Positions 53,699-64,000 of a stretch of DNA of 64,000 nucleotides are shown here, piece by piece. Every line of letters begins with the position of its first letter. The stretch's first letter is position 1. Source of the DNA: Antedon mediterranea (taxonomy: Eukaryota; Animalia; Echinodermata). The DNA lies in assembly GCF_964355755.1 (NCBI RefSeq), contig NC_092670.1, positions 29,190,388 through 29,254,387 of the forward strand, read 5' to 3'. Made by a program: the position numbers and the translations under genes. The notes below the pieces were generated by a model. It worked only from the letters and a program-made list of their open reading frames with translations. It did not search any database and had not been told where the DNA came from.

Positions 53699-54049
53699 TA
53701 TGGAACGCCGTTTACGCAACATTTTGATGATATGAATTTTATGACGCGTTATGTGAATGAAATGCATCGATATAAATTGAATGGCGCGATATATGAATGA
53801 AATGTTTTGAATTGAATATTTTGAATTGAATATTTTGAATGAAATGTTTTGAATGAAATGTTTTGAATAAAATGTTTTTATTGAAGTGTTTAGAATTGAA
53901 TGTTTTGAATAAAATGTAGGGTTTTGAAGCATTCAATTCAAAACATTTCATTCATATATTGCGCCATTCAATTCATATCGATGCATTTTATTCACATATC
54001 GCGTCATAAAATTCATATCATCGAAATGTTGCGTAAACGGCGTTCCATA
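53699..54049. mobile_element. Palindromic MITE, ~120-bp TIRs around a (TTTTGAATGAAATG)-like tandem core
   Basis: TATGGAACGCCGTTTACGCAACATTT...AAATGTTGCGTAAACGGCGTTCCATA. Confidence 0.88.
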
Positions 54050-55293
54050 AGAAGGTAATGTAATGGCGAAAAACATTTGACTGAGTAATGATACCAATTT
54101 AACAATCTATAAAAGTGATAGAAAAACATCATATCAGTGAAACTATCATGTTCAGGAGATTTGGAATACTGAGATGTTACATTTTTATGATAATTTAAAC
54201 AATGTTCACTCACTTGCATGATGATGGATGTTTGATTTTCAAAATGTATGCATTAAAAATGCAGTTGAAGGAGGATAATTCTGTGTAGCAAAGAATTGTG
54301 TCAAATAGTCAGTTCAAGTTTTATCAGTAAACTTGATCTACATAGAATCTTAATATTGATTTTGTAGGATTACTGGCCAATAGACATTAAGCTATGTTTA
54401 CATGCTCATTTCTCTATCTGAGTTATTGCGGTTTATCAGAATGACATTGAGGTTTACAGTATGCAAAAAATACATGTTAAACAACCGATAAAGTACCCCT
54501 GATGTAAAACGTTTCTGTGTTATATTCTGCAACCTATTTACCATTCAACCCTTACATTACAGTACTGTACATCATCAAGAATGAAATTTTGTTACATGTG
54601 TACCCATTGGATTTTATTATGTTCATTCTTGTTTACAATCAAATACGACATGGCTAGTCTGTTGGCTGATTGCATTAGAAATCTATTTTGTTCTCCAAAA
54701 TTGGAGAGCTGCCTCTTCAAATAGTATAGGACATGTATAGTAGTGTACATTACAGTAAGGTTATTGTATGTAGTGAACATTTTTCCATATTTTTGTAGTA
54801 TTGTTTTAATCATAATAAATGAGTATCGATTCAATATTTGAGTTTTTAAAATTAATCAATCTACTATTATCACATGTTCATTTAAATGTACTGTTTTATT
54901 TTTGGATCATTTTATTTTATCAACCGATGGCTATTAAATTTATTCATTATTTAATATTAACTTTACAAAATTAATAAAGCTTCATCAGTATTTGTAATGT
55001 TCGAATTATTTTGATAATTTTTTTTTCCAAACAAGTACTGCTTAGATCTGATGCAGGTAACAAATCCATAGGGGTCAATTCGTTCTGTCACACGGGTCAA
55101 TCGTACAAAAAATAACAGGAGAGAGTATTCAGGTTTCCAAATTAACATCCGACACATGTTACCCTTTCAGCCCATGGGCAAAATTCACTGTTGAAATTTG
55201 CATGTTATAAGTAACGAAATGCGAGCTAATTAGAAAGCATATGATTGTATTTGTTGTGCATTCCCTGCTGTTTGAATATGATCACAATGCAGT

Positions 55294-55336
55294 GTAGATG
55301 CATGGACCTATAAATTTTATAGGTCCATGGTAGATG
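55294..55336. other. 29-bp palindrome with 7-bp direct repeats (probable P-superfamily footprint)
   Basis: GTAGATG-CATGGACCTATAAATTTTATAGGTCCATG-GTAGATG. Confidence 0.7.
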
Positions 55337-55633
55337 TAACAACTTGTGACGCCTGTAGGTGCATAAAGAAAACAAATGCCATTTTGTGTACTTTGTCAAA
55401 ATTATGCTAAGCAGTTGCTGTTACAATAATGCAGTTGCTGTGACAATAATGTTTCTTTGATTGATGCGGTAGACCACTGTACATGATACAATCTAGTGAC
55501 CATTTTACCATCACTAGTATTCAATGACATGTGAGAGGTACAGTAGTACTACTGTAATACCCTTTTTTCACATCTGCATAATTGTTACAACTTTTAAAAA
55601 GTTGTATACATACATTAATCTCGCGACTTATTA

Positions 55634-55912
55634 CATGTTTTCAACCTTGTGAAATCTCCTCAGAAGTATTGTCATTTGTCGTATTCGATTGGGAACTTTC
55701 GTTGTCAACGTAAAGATTCGTTGAGTACTTTTTGTATTCGAATTGTAAATTTGTGCTCAACAGAAAGTCATTCGAATAGAAAACGTTGACAACGAAAGCT
55801 TTTTCGTTAAGAACAATCTCAACGCTCAAAATACTCCGTTAAAGAAGTACTCAACGGAAAAACTGTACTCAATGGTGGAAGTCTAAATCGAATACGACAA
55901 TTGTGGAGCATG
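55634..55912. mobile_element. Degenerate MITE-like relic
   Basis: TTGTCGTATTCGATT (55676) / AATCGAATACGACAA (55886); CGTTGAGTACT / AGTACTCAACG inverted. Confidence 0.5.
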
Positions 55913-56016
55913 TTGTATAGTTTATTTTAAATAAATAAAACCTCACTTTTAAATTTCCGATACTTCCAAATAAAGGTGTACTGTGATTGGTCAGTTACAG
56001 TAACTACCAGGACAAA

Positions 56017-57040
56017 GGCTACAGTATGTTCAGACCGTTTTAGCGTACAACGTTACTAGCAAGGTCACGTTACAAACCGCAGGGAAAAAAACGAGGTGTT
56101 CAGACCCATAGCGTACGATTATCGTTACAATGGAAATACGTCATTCAGGTTGTTTCTAGTTGCATATTCATGTGCTCTTACCCACGTGTTTTCATCATTA
56201 TTTCCACTGTATATAGGCCTAGATCTCAGCCCTACAATTATGACAAAATTTGCCGTAAATAAAACATACCTCAGCATTTATTTAAGAAAAATATAGTAAA
56301 GCCAAATTTCTGTTTCTATTGTTTTTATTTTGTAGTAAAAAACATTTTCCCCAGGCTCTTGTGTTACGAAAATAAAGCAGGCCTCTTAATGATGAAGAAA
56401 AAATTGATTGTGATTAGTCTATCCAGTCCAGTCAAAGATATATATATTCTTTGGTCCAGTCGGTTGAAAATAACCCTTAACTTGATAAAAGGGACACAGC
56501 TCCCCTTGTTTGTTTACTGAATTTTTTTGGAGTTAGGGGGTTTTCAGCATTAAACTTGTCCAGTCTAGTCTGCCTTGTATGAATGAGTGACTTGATGTCC
56601 TACGCTAGTTTTTAGCTTGAAAGAAATGCGTGAATGGCTCTAGGCCTAGCTAGGCCTAAAAAGCGGATGGGATTGTAGTCCCTATGTTTAAATACAAGGT
56701 GCATGTATGTCATTTGTTAAAATTAAAAAATATAATGGTAATCAGTTGATAGTAGTTTGTAGCCTTTGTAACAGTTGTATTTGTAGTGTAGTTAGGCCTT
56801 ATTTATTCTGGCCTTTTTGTTATTGAAATCCATCTCACACATTGACGATACAAGATGTCAGCCTAGGTCAAACCTTGTTTCGCGTCATAACAGGAAATGT
56901 TCTGATTGGATACAACGTTGACTTACAGTAGCGTCGTACGCTAAAACGGTACTATCAACCGTTTTCCACTACAACGCTACAACCGTTGTACGACGCGTCG
57001 TACGCTAAAATGGTCTAACGCCATGGGTCTGAACAGGGCC
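56017..57040. mobile_element. Harbinger-like non-autonomous element (TGTTCAGACC TIR family), 3-bp TSD AAA
   Basis: GGCTA[CAGTA]TGTTCAGACCGTTTAGCGTAC ... GTACGCTAAAATGGTC...GGTCTGAACAGGGCC; related to 49274-49604. Confidence 0.7.
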
Positions 57041-57363
57041 AAAGTACACACTACAACTCCAGACATCACAGTACAAAAGAACATGCCTCTTTCTCCCAAG
57101 ATTTCACAAAACTCTCCTGTGAATTATCACAAGAATTTTCTCAAAAATTGCGAAATTGGTTACAGCTTGTTACTTTTTGCAGTTTGTGCAAGGCATCTGT
57201 AAATTTTGCCATTTTTTGCAGAGATTAATATCATAGGTTTTTCCAAAACTTGAAGTGAAAGTAAAAAAATACTCTTTATTAGCCAGCATGGTCGGTATAA
57301 TTTTTTTAATTGTCTTGGTTAATTTGATGGAATTGTAGCCAGTGTTTGGATTGGTCTTTTCTT

Positions 57364-58580
57364 GGGACCTGTTTCTGCTGCAAAAAGGTAACCAGATGTA
57401 TAAATTGTCCATGAAAAATTAACCAGGTGAATTGCCCACAAATGGTTTGTAACCAGTTAAATGGCAGCCTTAAATTAATGGTTAACAAGACCCAAACGAT
57501 TTGGGGTTAGCACACGATTTGGGGTTAGCACACGATTTAAATGGTTATCACTGTGTAATTTTAACTGCAACGCAAAATATATTTCCACAGATTTTATGGT
57601 AGTAAATGTGATGTGTTTTTGCAAAATGAGTCCTTTTTAGTGACAAAATATTGGTTGTAATACGCTTTGGTGAAGTGTTAGTGTAAGCACGTGCACTCAG
57701 TTTCCCTTGAACCCTGCCAAGGCCCTTGGATGCCACTTAGAAGCTTCCAGTCATAGAGGATATAATTTGCTCCAGACAAAAATATTGTCCTCTATAGTAT
57801 AATATTTAAATAAAAATATGATGATAAATTTTTGATATTGGTTAATATCTATTGTCCTATTGATTATTAATTAGCAAAAATGAATTGACACAACATTATT
57901 AGTGTACAGTCATTGAGTAATAATACATTATAGAGTATAGCATTAGATGGCAAGAAGCTTAGTTTCAAGCAACAAAGGAAATCATAATTTATACAATGTA
58001 GTTCCAAATATAATTAGCATAAATTTACAGAATCTGTGGTACTTGACATACATTATCTCATAAACTATTTGATCATTTTCTGGTATCTCTAAGCTAATAT
58101 TAATAACCAATTAAATAGTAGTGTGTGAATAAATTACTGTAAGACACACATTTAAAACTGGTTCTCAATATAAACAGTTTGAAACTATGCATTGGAACCT
58201 CTTTAAACTGGTTTTGGCTGTTTGCAACTTAAAATAGCGGTTATTTGATTGACAGATATCAGTGGTAAAATCTGGGGTGGGTTCTCATGAAAGACTACAA
58301 ACTGATGCCAGAATATTTAGAGAGCAAATAATTCAACAGAAAGGCAAATCATTATGGCCAAATATAAAAATAGCAATTATGGATTTTGATTAGTCCAGTC
58401 GATGTTTACGTAATTCAGAATTCTTGACCATCATGATTAAACAATTGTTCAAATTTTAATTTAACTGAAAATTAAACACAAGCTTCTAGGGAATGTGAAA
58501 CTAGTATTTGTCTGGCCTTATAAACTAATTTTACTAAAATAAGACTAAACTGGTTATTTGGAGTTTATTCAGCAGAAACA
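57364..58580. mobile_element. Degenerate copy of the 22990-27260 Harbinger-like family
   Basis: GGGACCTGTTTCTGCTGCA...TTATTCAGCAGAAACA; internal CGGTTATTTGATTGACAG shared with 23187-23204. Confidence 0.65.
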
Positions 58581-58581
58581 C

Positions 58582-59076
58582 TAGGGAGAAAAAGTGATAA
58601 CATCACGTTTCCGACTGCGCTGGGGCCAAACAATTGGTCGGCTATCTTGTCCTATTCTAACGCTTTGATTTAACACCGCTTTTTCGTACATCCAAATAAA
58701 TTTCGTTTTTACATAATTTAGAGTTGTTCATCTTGCTTTATTTTACTACGTTACTACTGTTAAATATTTTGCTGATAATATATCGTAAGTTTATTTTCAG
58801 CTTATAATCGCACTTTTTAGGCCTCTTTCTTTGGCGGCGAGTTTATACTAGCAGTATTTCTGTGTTTGTTTGTGGAAATGTGCGATTCAATACATTTCTA
58901 ACCTTCAGTTTACTATTTATTTATTTATAATATTTATAAAAACGAACTTTATCGGGATGTACGAAAAAGCGGTGTTAAATCAATGCGTTAGAATAGGACA
59001 AGATGGCCGACTGAACTTTGTTTGGCCCCAGCGCAGTCAGTAGCCAGGAAATGTGACGTCACACTTTTTCTACCTA
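58582..59076. mobile_element. MITE with ~110-bp TIRs (TAGG...CCTA)
   Basis: GACTGCGCTGGGGCCAAACAA...AACACCGCTTTTTCGTACATCC is inverted at 58955-59070. Confidence 0.88.
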
Positions 59077-60374
59077 TATTGTCACATCTTAATTTAAATA
59101 TCCAGATGCATGTTTATGTCATTCAAGTATCATGACATGAGATTTAGTTGTATTAACAGTGTTATGTTACCAAAGCTATGATCTTACAACCTCTCAACTA
59201 GCCTATAAGCAGGCTCAAATTGAGATTAATTTCATATTGGAAATATTCACTGATACATAGTCTACAACCTGGGTGTCTATCACTATCTTATTATTTAAAA
59301 GAAAATTACTGTATCTGACCATACCTCCATGATCTGACTTTGTAATGAAATTCAGATGCTACTTAGAGATAGGATTATGACAATATGTGTGGTATTTGAC
59401 AATTAATACAATATTGCTTTTTCCAATTGCATTATGTACTGCTGGTGTTCAGATAGATAATGAAACACATTAGCTGTTTTTTTTTTTAAAGACATTTAAG
59501 ATAATTATATAACATGTTCTGGTTTACATTAGTTGTATATAATTTAATTTTCTTTTAGTTTTTTCTTTTTTTTTCTCATTATGTTTTGTTTTTTTTTCAA
59601 ATTATTATGTTTTGTTTTTTTGGACCATACCGCATGTTGTGAGTTCCACCGATCCAAAGGTGAATGGTCAACAAATAAATAAAATTAGACCACTCCTTGG
59701 TACAACAAAGCAAAATTAATAAAATTAAAATATAATAGAAAGTCATTCTTTGCTTACACTTGTAAATAAATGGAACATCCCACGGTAACGCTTCAAAAAA
59801 TCATTTCACATCATAAAATAATTGTTTGAATTAATCTTTTACAGTATGCCATGTTTTTTTTTCAATTATAAGCACTTCATGAAAAAAAATTGAACAAGTA
59901 ATTTAATAAAGAATGAGCAGTTAGAGATAGAATCCATTTAAATATGAACCAATAAATGTATAGTAGACAATGACAGTTTAATTCATCAATTTATAAACAA
60001 AACAATAGAAAAAAAAACAGAGTTTTTTGTTCGTTTTCAATTTACTCTTAAAAGTAGTATGCCTAAAAAACTGTATTACTGTATTTACTGAAAATTTTTA
60101 TTGTATTAATTCGGGTAAAAATTGTGTTCAAATAATGGGGCATTTTATTTGGTAGCAGGTTTTTTAGGTTTATTCTAATACATATGGTACAGTATACAGT
60201 ATATGTATAAATACATCACATCACTTTAAATTGGTTGTTTCCTGAATATTCTGAATGTCTGTTTTGTTTAGCAAATTATTGAATATTTTGAGTTTGTATA
60301 CGTGATACTATTTGGTATCACTAAGACTTTGTGTCTATATTTTTGTGTGCGTACCTAATGATAATGATTTACAG

Positions 60375-60434
60375 AGAGACAAGAAGACGAGAATGAGCAC
60401 CTAAATGAGAAAATCTTTACCTTTATTATGATTG
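60375..60434 (+). CDS. Candidate internal 60-nt exon, phase-compatible with 50435-50633
   Basis: TTTACAG acceptor and G|GTATGA donor; reads (K)RQEDENEHLNEKIFTFIMI in phase 1; purine-rich. Confidence 0.4.
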
Positions 60435-60867
60435 GTATGATCAATGTGTGTACACTAACTGATTTTTCAATTTTCAAGAATAATTTATAGACAAAAACCA
60501 GGAATTTTGCCCTTTGATTATTGGTTTTACTTCTTAAGACTTTTGGTTTTTAGTAAATGTTTCACCCACTCATAAATTATCCTTTGAAGTAAACTATCTA
60601 CTGCGATTGCAGTATACATTTTTTTTATAAAGACATTACATTATTTAACTACAGCACATAATTAATTTAAATGATTATGAAAAATTTCTACCTTTCAGAT
60701 TATTATTTGAATTCAAGTCTTTAAGGGCCTGGTTAGTGGCAATTTTTAAATCATACCTTTAAAGTATTATTTAAAGTAACTTGTTGGGTTTTACATCCAG
60801 TATGTACAGAGCCATTATGTTCATAGCCATATACAGTAGATAGCTATGTGTATAGTTACAGATTGAA

Positions 60868-61533
60868 ACTAGAACAACACTCCGAGAGTGCATACCTCCG
60901 CCTACTGTAAAATTCTCTCACATAAGATTTTACCGGAAAATAAAAATATATTTTTATTTTTTATTTTTGTGTCTTAATGCTGTGTGTTATTAGGCTTTTC
61001 ACTACAATTTCATCATGTGTATGCAAATTTGGTGTAATGGTTATTTTACCAGCCTTTCAACTAACAATAGTTTCAGTTGACTAACAATAGAACAGCAACG
61101 CTAAAAACAAACGGGTGAATTTGATAAGAAATAGGTTTTTAAAAACTACTCGCATCAACAAACTTGTACATTAAATCTAATTATGTTTTAAAATTACAAA
61201 TCACATATTATAACTCTTTAGTAGTTCTCGAGAAAATGCAATTTCAGTTTTAACTCGTTACTTTAAGACTCTTGAAGGCTTTTGAAAATTCTGTCCTATT
61301 TTTTAACACTAGCAGGTCTGAAAATAATTCCATAAATTGGTCCAGAATTGGGACAGTGGTCTGGATTGCCTCCACAATTTAGTGGAATGGTCCTTGAACA
61401 CATCTATGTCTATATTTTATTTTGGAATTCTTGCAATTAATTTTTGAGTAATCCTGCTAACCAAATAAACAGACAAACAAATAAACACACACACACACGT
61501 GATCGACTACATCTACCTCCTTCACGTAGGTAA
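60868..61533 (-). mobile_element. Solo HINE/DINE-like Helentron-associated element (third family)
   Basis: ACTAG + CACTC-CGA-GAGTG hairpin + TACCTCCGCC; the far end has an (ACAG/AC)n microsatellite and TACCTCCTTCACGTAGGTA. Confidence 0.75.
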
Positions 61534-62216
61534 ATAAAGAGGTAATAAAATGTACAATACTAGACCATTGACTTGAGTAAACAGAAAAAAATAAACATAA
61601 CATCACTTTATAGTTGGAATTAGTGTAGCATTAGCAAAATAATAGTAGTAATTTAAAAACAAATTTCCAATTATATAAAGATGTAATATACAGTAATGTC
61701 CTCTTTACACAACCACTGTAGTGTCTACCAAATTAAAAATCTGTTATTTTTTAGTGAATTATATGATTAAAGACTACCAAAACTGGTTTAGATGAATACA
61801 GTTCTTTTCAGTTTTTTAAATCGAAACAGACCCTAATAATATGTTTATAAATGCCTCACTTACTATGATAAACCATAGACCTAACATAATTTTAAGAATC
61901 AAACACCCCTCTAAGACAGTGGTATTGTCCATGTGCCAAACCATCATGTGAGCAACCCCACTTATACATAAGATGTTCCTTTTGACAGTAGGCTTCTAAA
62001 ATGTACTCTTATAATTCGAGAAAAACCTTTAACTGAAAGTTCCATTTGGAGACTGAACTATATAAATATATCACATAAACTGATTGATTGGTGTTTATCT
62101 GCACTTTAAAGGTTGAAAGACAAAGGCAATTACTGCAAGGTTGATGACTAATTGCCACTGAATGCCTGACTGTAATTATAAACAGTGTAATTGATTAATT
62201 CCACTTTCTATCAAAC

Positions 62217-63817
62217 CAGGGAGTTGTTATTAGATGGAGTAACAACAAATTTATCAACTGATCTACAGCCAATAAGCGACGAGCGGTATACAGGAACCTC
62301 AAAGGATTATGCAGTCAACTGGCACTAATTTCCTGCCTTTTGTTTGGAGTCTACTTTGCCGACGATGCCAGGCCCTCTATCGCCGGGATTCGTCCATTTT
62401 GAGTAAAGACTTTCGATGCATTCCTGACAAACAAACATTGTAGGCATGCGCAGATGATTCCTTCTTCGTCTATAGCTTTACAATTTGTTTACGTCATTAG
62501 AGAATTCTGCAATATATATTTTACAAAAAACCGCTTTAAATTCCGACCTTTCGTTAAAAAGTTACGATAATTCAAAGTGTATGTTCATCTGTTTGTTTGT
62601 AGACCTTCTTTCGTGATTTTCAGAGACTTTTGGTAAGTTTTAAAGTTAATATTTGATATTTTCCGCACGTTTCTCCATTTTAACACCAGCGCTAATATTT
62701 AAAAGAGTATGTCTTCTATCATTCTCTTGATATCTTATTTTCTTACAGTTTCTTACATAATCGTAATTTTGGTTAAAATACAACATGTTTTTATAGGTGT
62801 GGGCATGTTGTCAGTAGTGATAAACGCCAGCGTGTAATCTGGGTAATTAACACCCTCCGATCGTATGTTTGTTGGCGGCTGGAATCGCCGATTCTGGTGA
62901 TGCACTAGGTACACCACCAGGGCCTAGGCCTAGCCAGGGAGATGGTCTAATAACAAATCCCTGGCCTAGCCCTCTCCCATAAATAGGCCTAGGCCCCTGC
63001 ACGTATGCTAGGCGGGGAATTACCTATATAACTAAGCATAGCCTATAGAATAGGCCTATATAATTATAGGATGTCCACTATAAATAATAATTAATATTAA
63101 TACAATTCTATGACTATGTATGAATGTACTGACTGTAATTTATTTTGTTGTCTTCCTGTTATTCATTATAGGAATTTGTACTGTAATAATGGAAATACAG
63201 GCTATTTGTCGTTTATGTGGGCGAGAGACTGCTGCATCTGACTCAAGACGTCTAATTTTGAAATCTGATTATTCAGATTTAATCCAGCGTGCACTACAAG
63301 TAGATGTGAACACGGATATTCTCCCACCATACAGTTGTAACAACTGTAGAGTAAAACTTGACACATGGAAGAAGAATATGCGCTCTAAAAAGAAGGATGT
63401 AAAAATTGGAATAAACCTTGCTGATTTTGATTCCAGTGAAAAACAGACAGAAGAATCTTTTTTCTGTGAGGCAGCAGTAGTTGCATTGCATCTCAAATGG
63501 GATACATTCTTTGGAAAGGAGAAGACAAACACATGTTTACAAACATTGTTATTTGTACATGATTGTACATGTATTTATTTTTAAATATGTATTTAATACA
63601 AAGAATTAAAAAATGACTCAGTATATCGATTATTTTTATTTACAGTATATCATTCATTAAAAGCCTTGGTTACATTTAGATATACAGTACTGTTCAGTAC
63701 TTGATTTTTCTTCTGCACTGTAGCCCCTTTCTTCTTTGTCTGTGCAGGGAGTTCCCTGGTCTGTGCAGGAACATCTTTGTCTAGAATTGAAAAAAAAACA
63801 ATTAACATAACTCCCTG
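62217..63817 (+). mobile_element. CAGGGAGTT-TIR element (P- or hAT-like) carrying a spliced zinc-finger gene fragment
   Basis: CAGGGAGTTGTTATTAG / TTAACATAACTCCCTG; flanks ATCAAAC and GTCATAC (5 of 7 match). Confidence 0.5.
63189..63584 (+). CDS. C4 zinc-finger protein fragment (ZAD / RAG1 N-terminal / Chapaev-like spacing)
   Basis: Acceptor TTATAG ends 63171; MEIQAICRLCG...DVNTDILPPYSCNNCRVKL followed by a basic KKNMRSKKK stretch. Confidence 0.6.
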   Translation: MEIQAICRLCGRETAASDSRRLILKSDYSDLIQRALQVDVNTDILPPYSCNNCRVKLDTWKKNMRSKKKDVKIGINLADFDSSEKQTEESFFCEAAVVALHLKWDTFFGKEKTNTCLQTLLFVHDCTCIYF

Positions 63818-64000
63818 GTCATACATTTAATCAGGCGTTGTCAATTTAACTCCCGGCATTTGTTAACAAATGAAAAATACATAAATCTTCCCAATTGTCA
63901 GTAGTGACAGCCCAGGTCATAATTAATAAATGGAAATAATACTGCATCATCAGAAAGTTGTTTTTATTGGGGTAGGCCTAGCCCCTACTTGACCGTCCCT

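Noticed and set aside
57496-57538. 18-bp tandem duplication containing TTTGGGGTTAG
   Set aside because: It is a simple local duplication inside a MITE, too short to be interstitial telomere sequence.

Overview
AT-rich eukaryotic (animal, probably marine invertebrate) genomic DNA, mostly repeats; no prokaryotic genes, rRNA, tRNA or CRISPR. In order: two oppositely oriented arrays of one ~97-bp satellite (1-1860 and 4125-8885) around a ~190-bp tandem array; several foldback/MITE elements; a CORE-type SINE; a decayed RTE LINE with a Deu/Nin-type SINE inside; and a three-level nest (Harbinger-like TIR element > long-TIR element > 5'-truncated Tx1 LINE). Next is a Naiad-type Penelope-like retroelement (RT + GIY-YIG, 3' hammerhead ribozyme, 13-bp TSD) split inside its RT by a 14.6-kb head-to-tail array of nine Helentron-associated (HINE-like) units of two related families. 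After that come more MITEs, the probable first coding exons of a host gene (50435-50633, 60375-60434) and a CAGGG-TIR element carrying a C4 zinc-finger ORF. Two classes of probable DNA-transposon excision scars recur: TA->TACAGTA/TACTGTA/TAGGCCTA insertions, and 12-30-bp CA...TG (near-)palindromes flanked by exact 7-bp duplications. Family assignments rest on motif recognition only; no database search was run.
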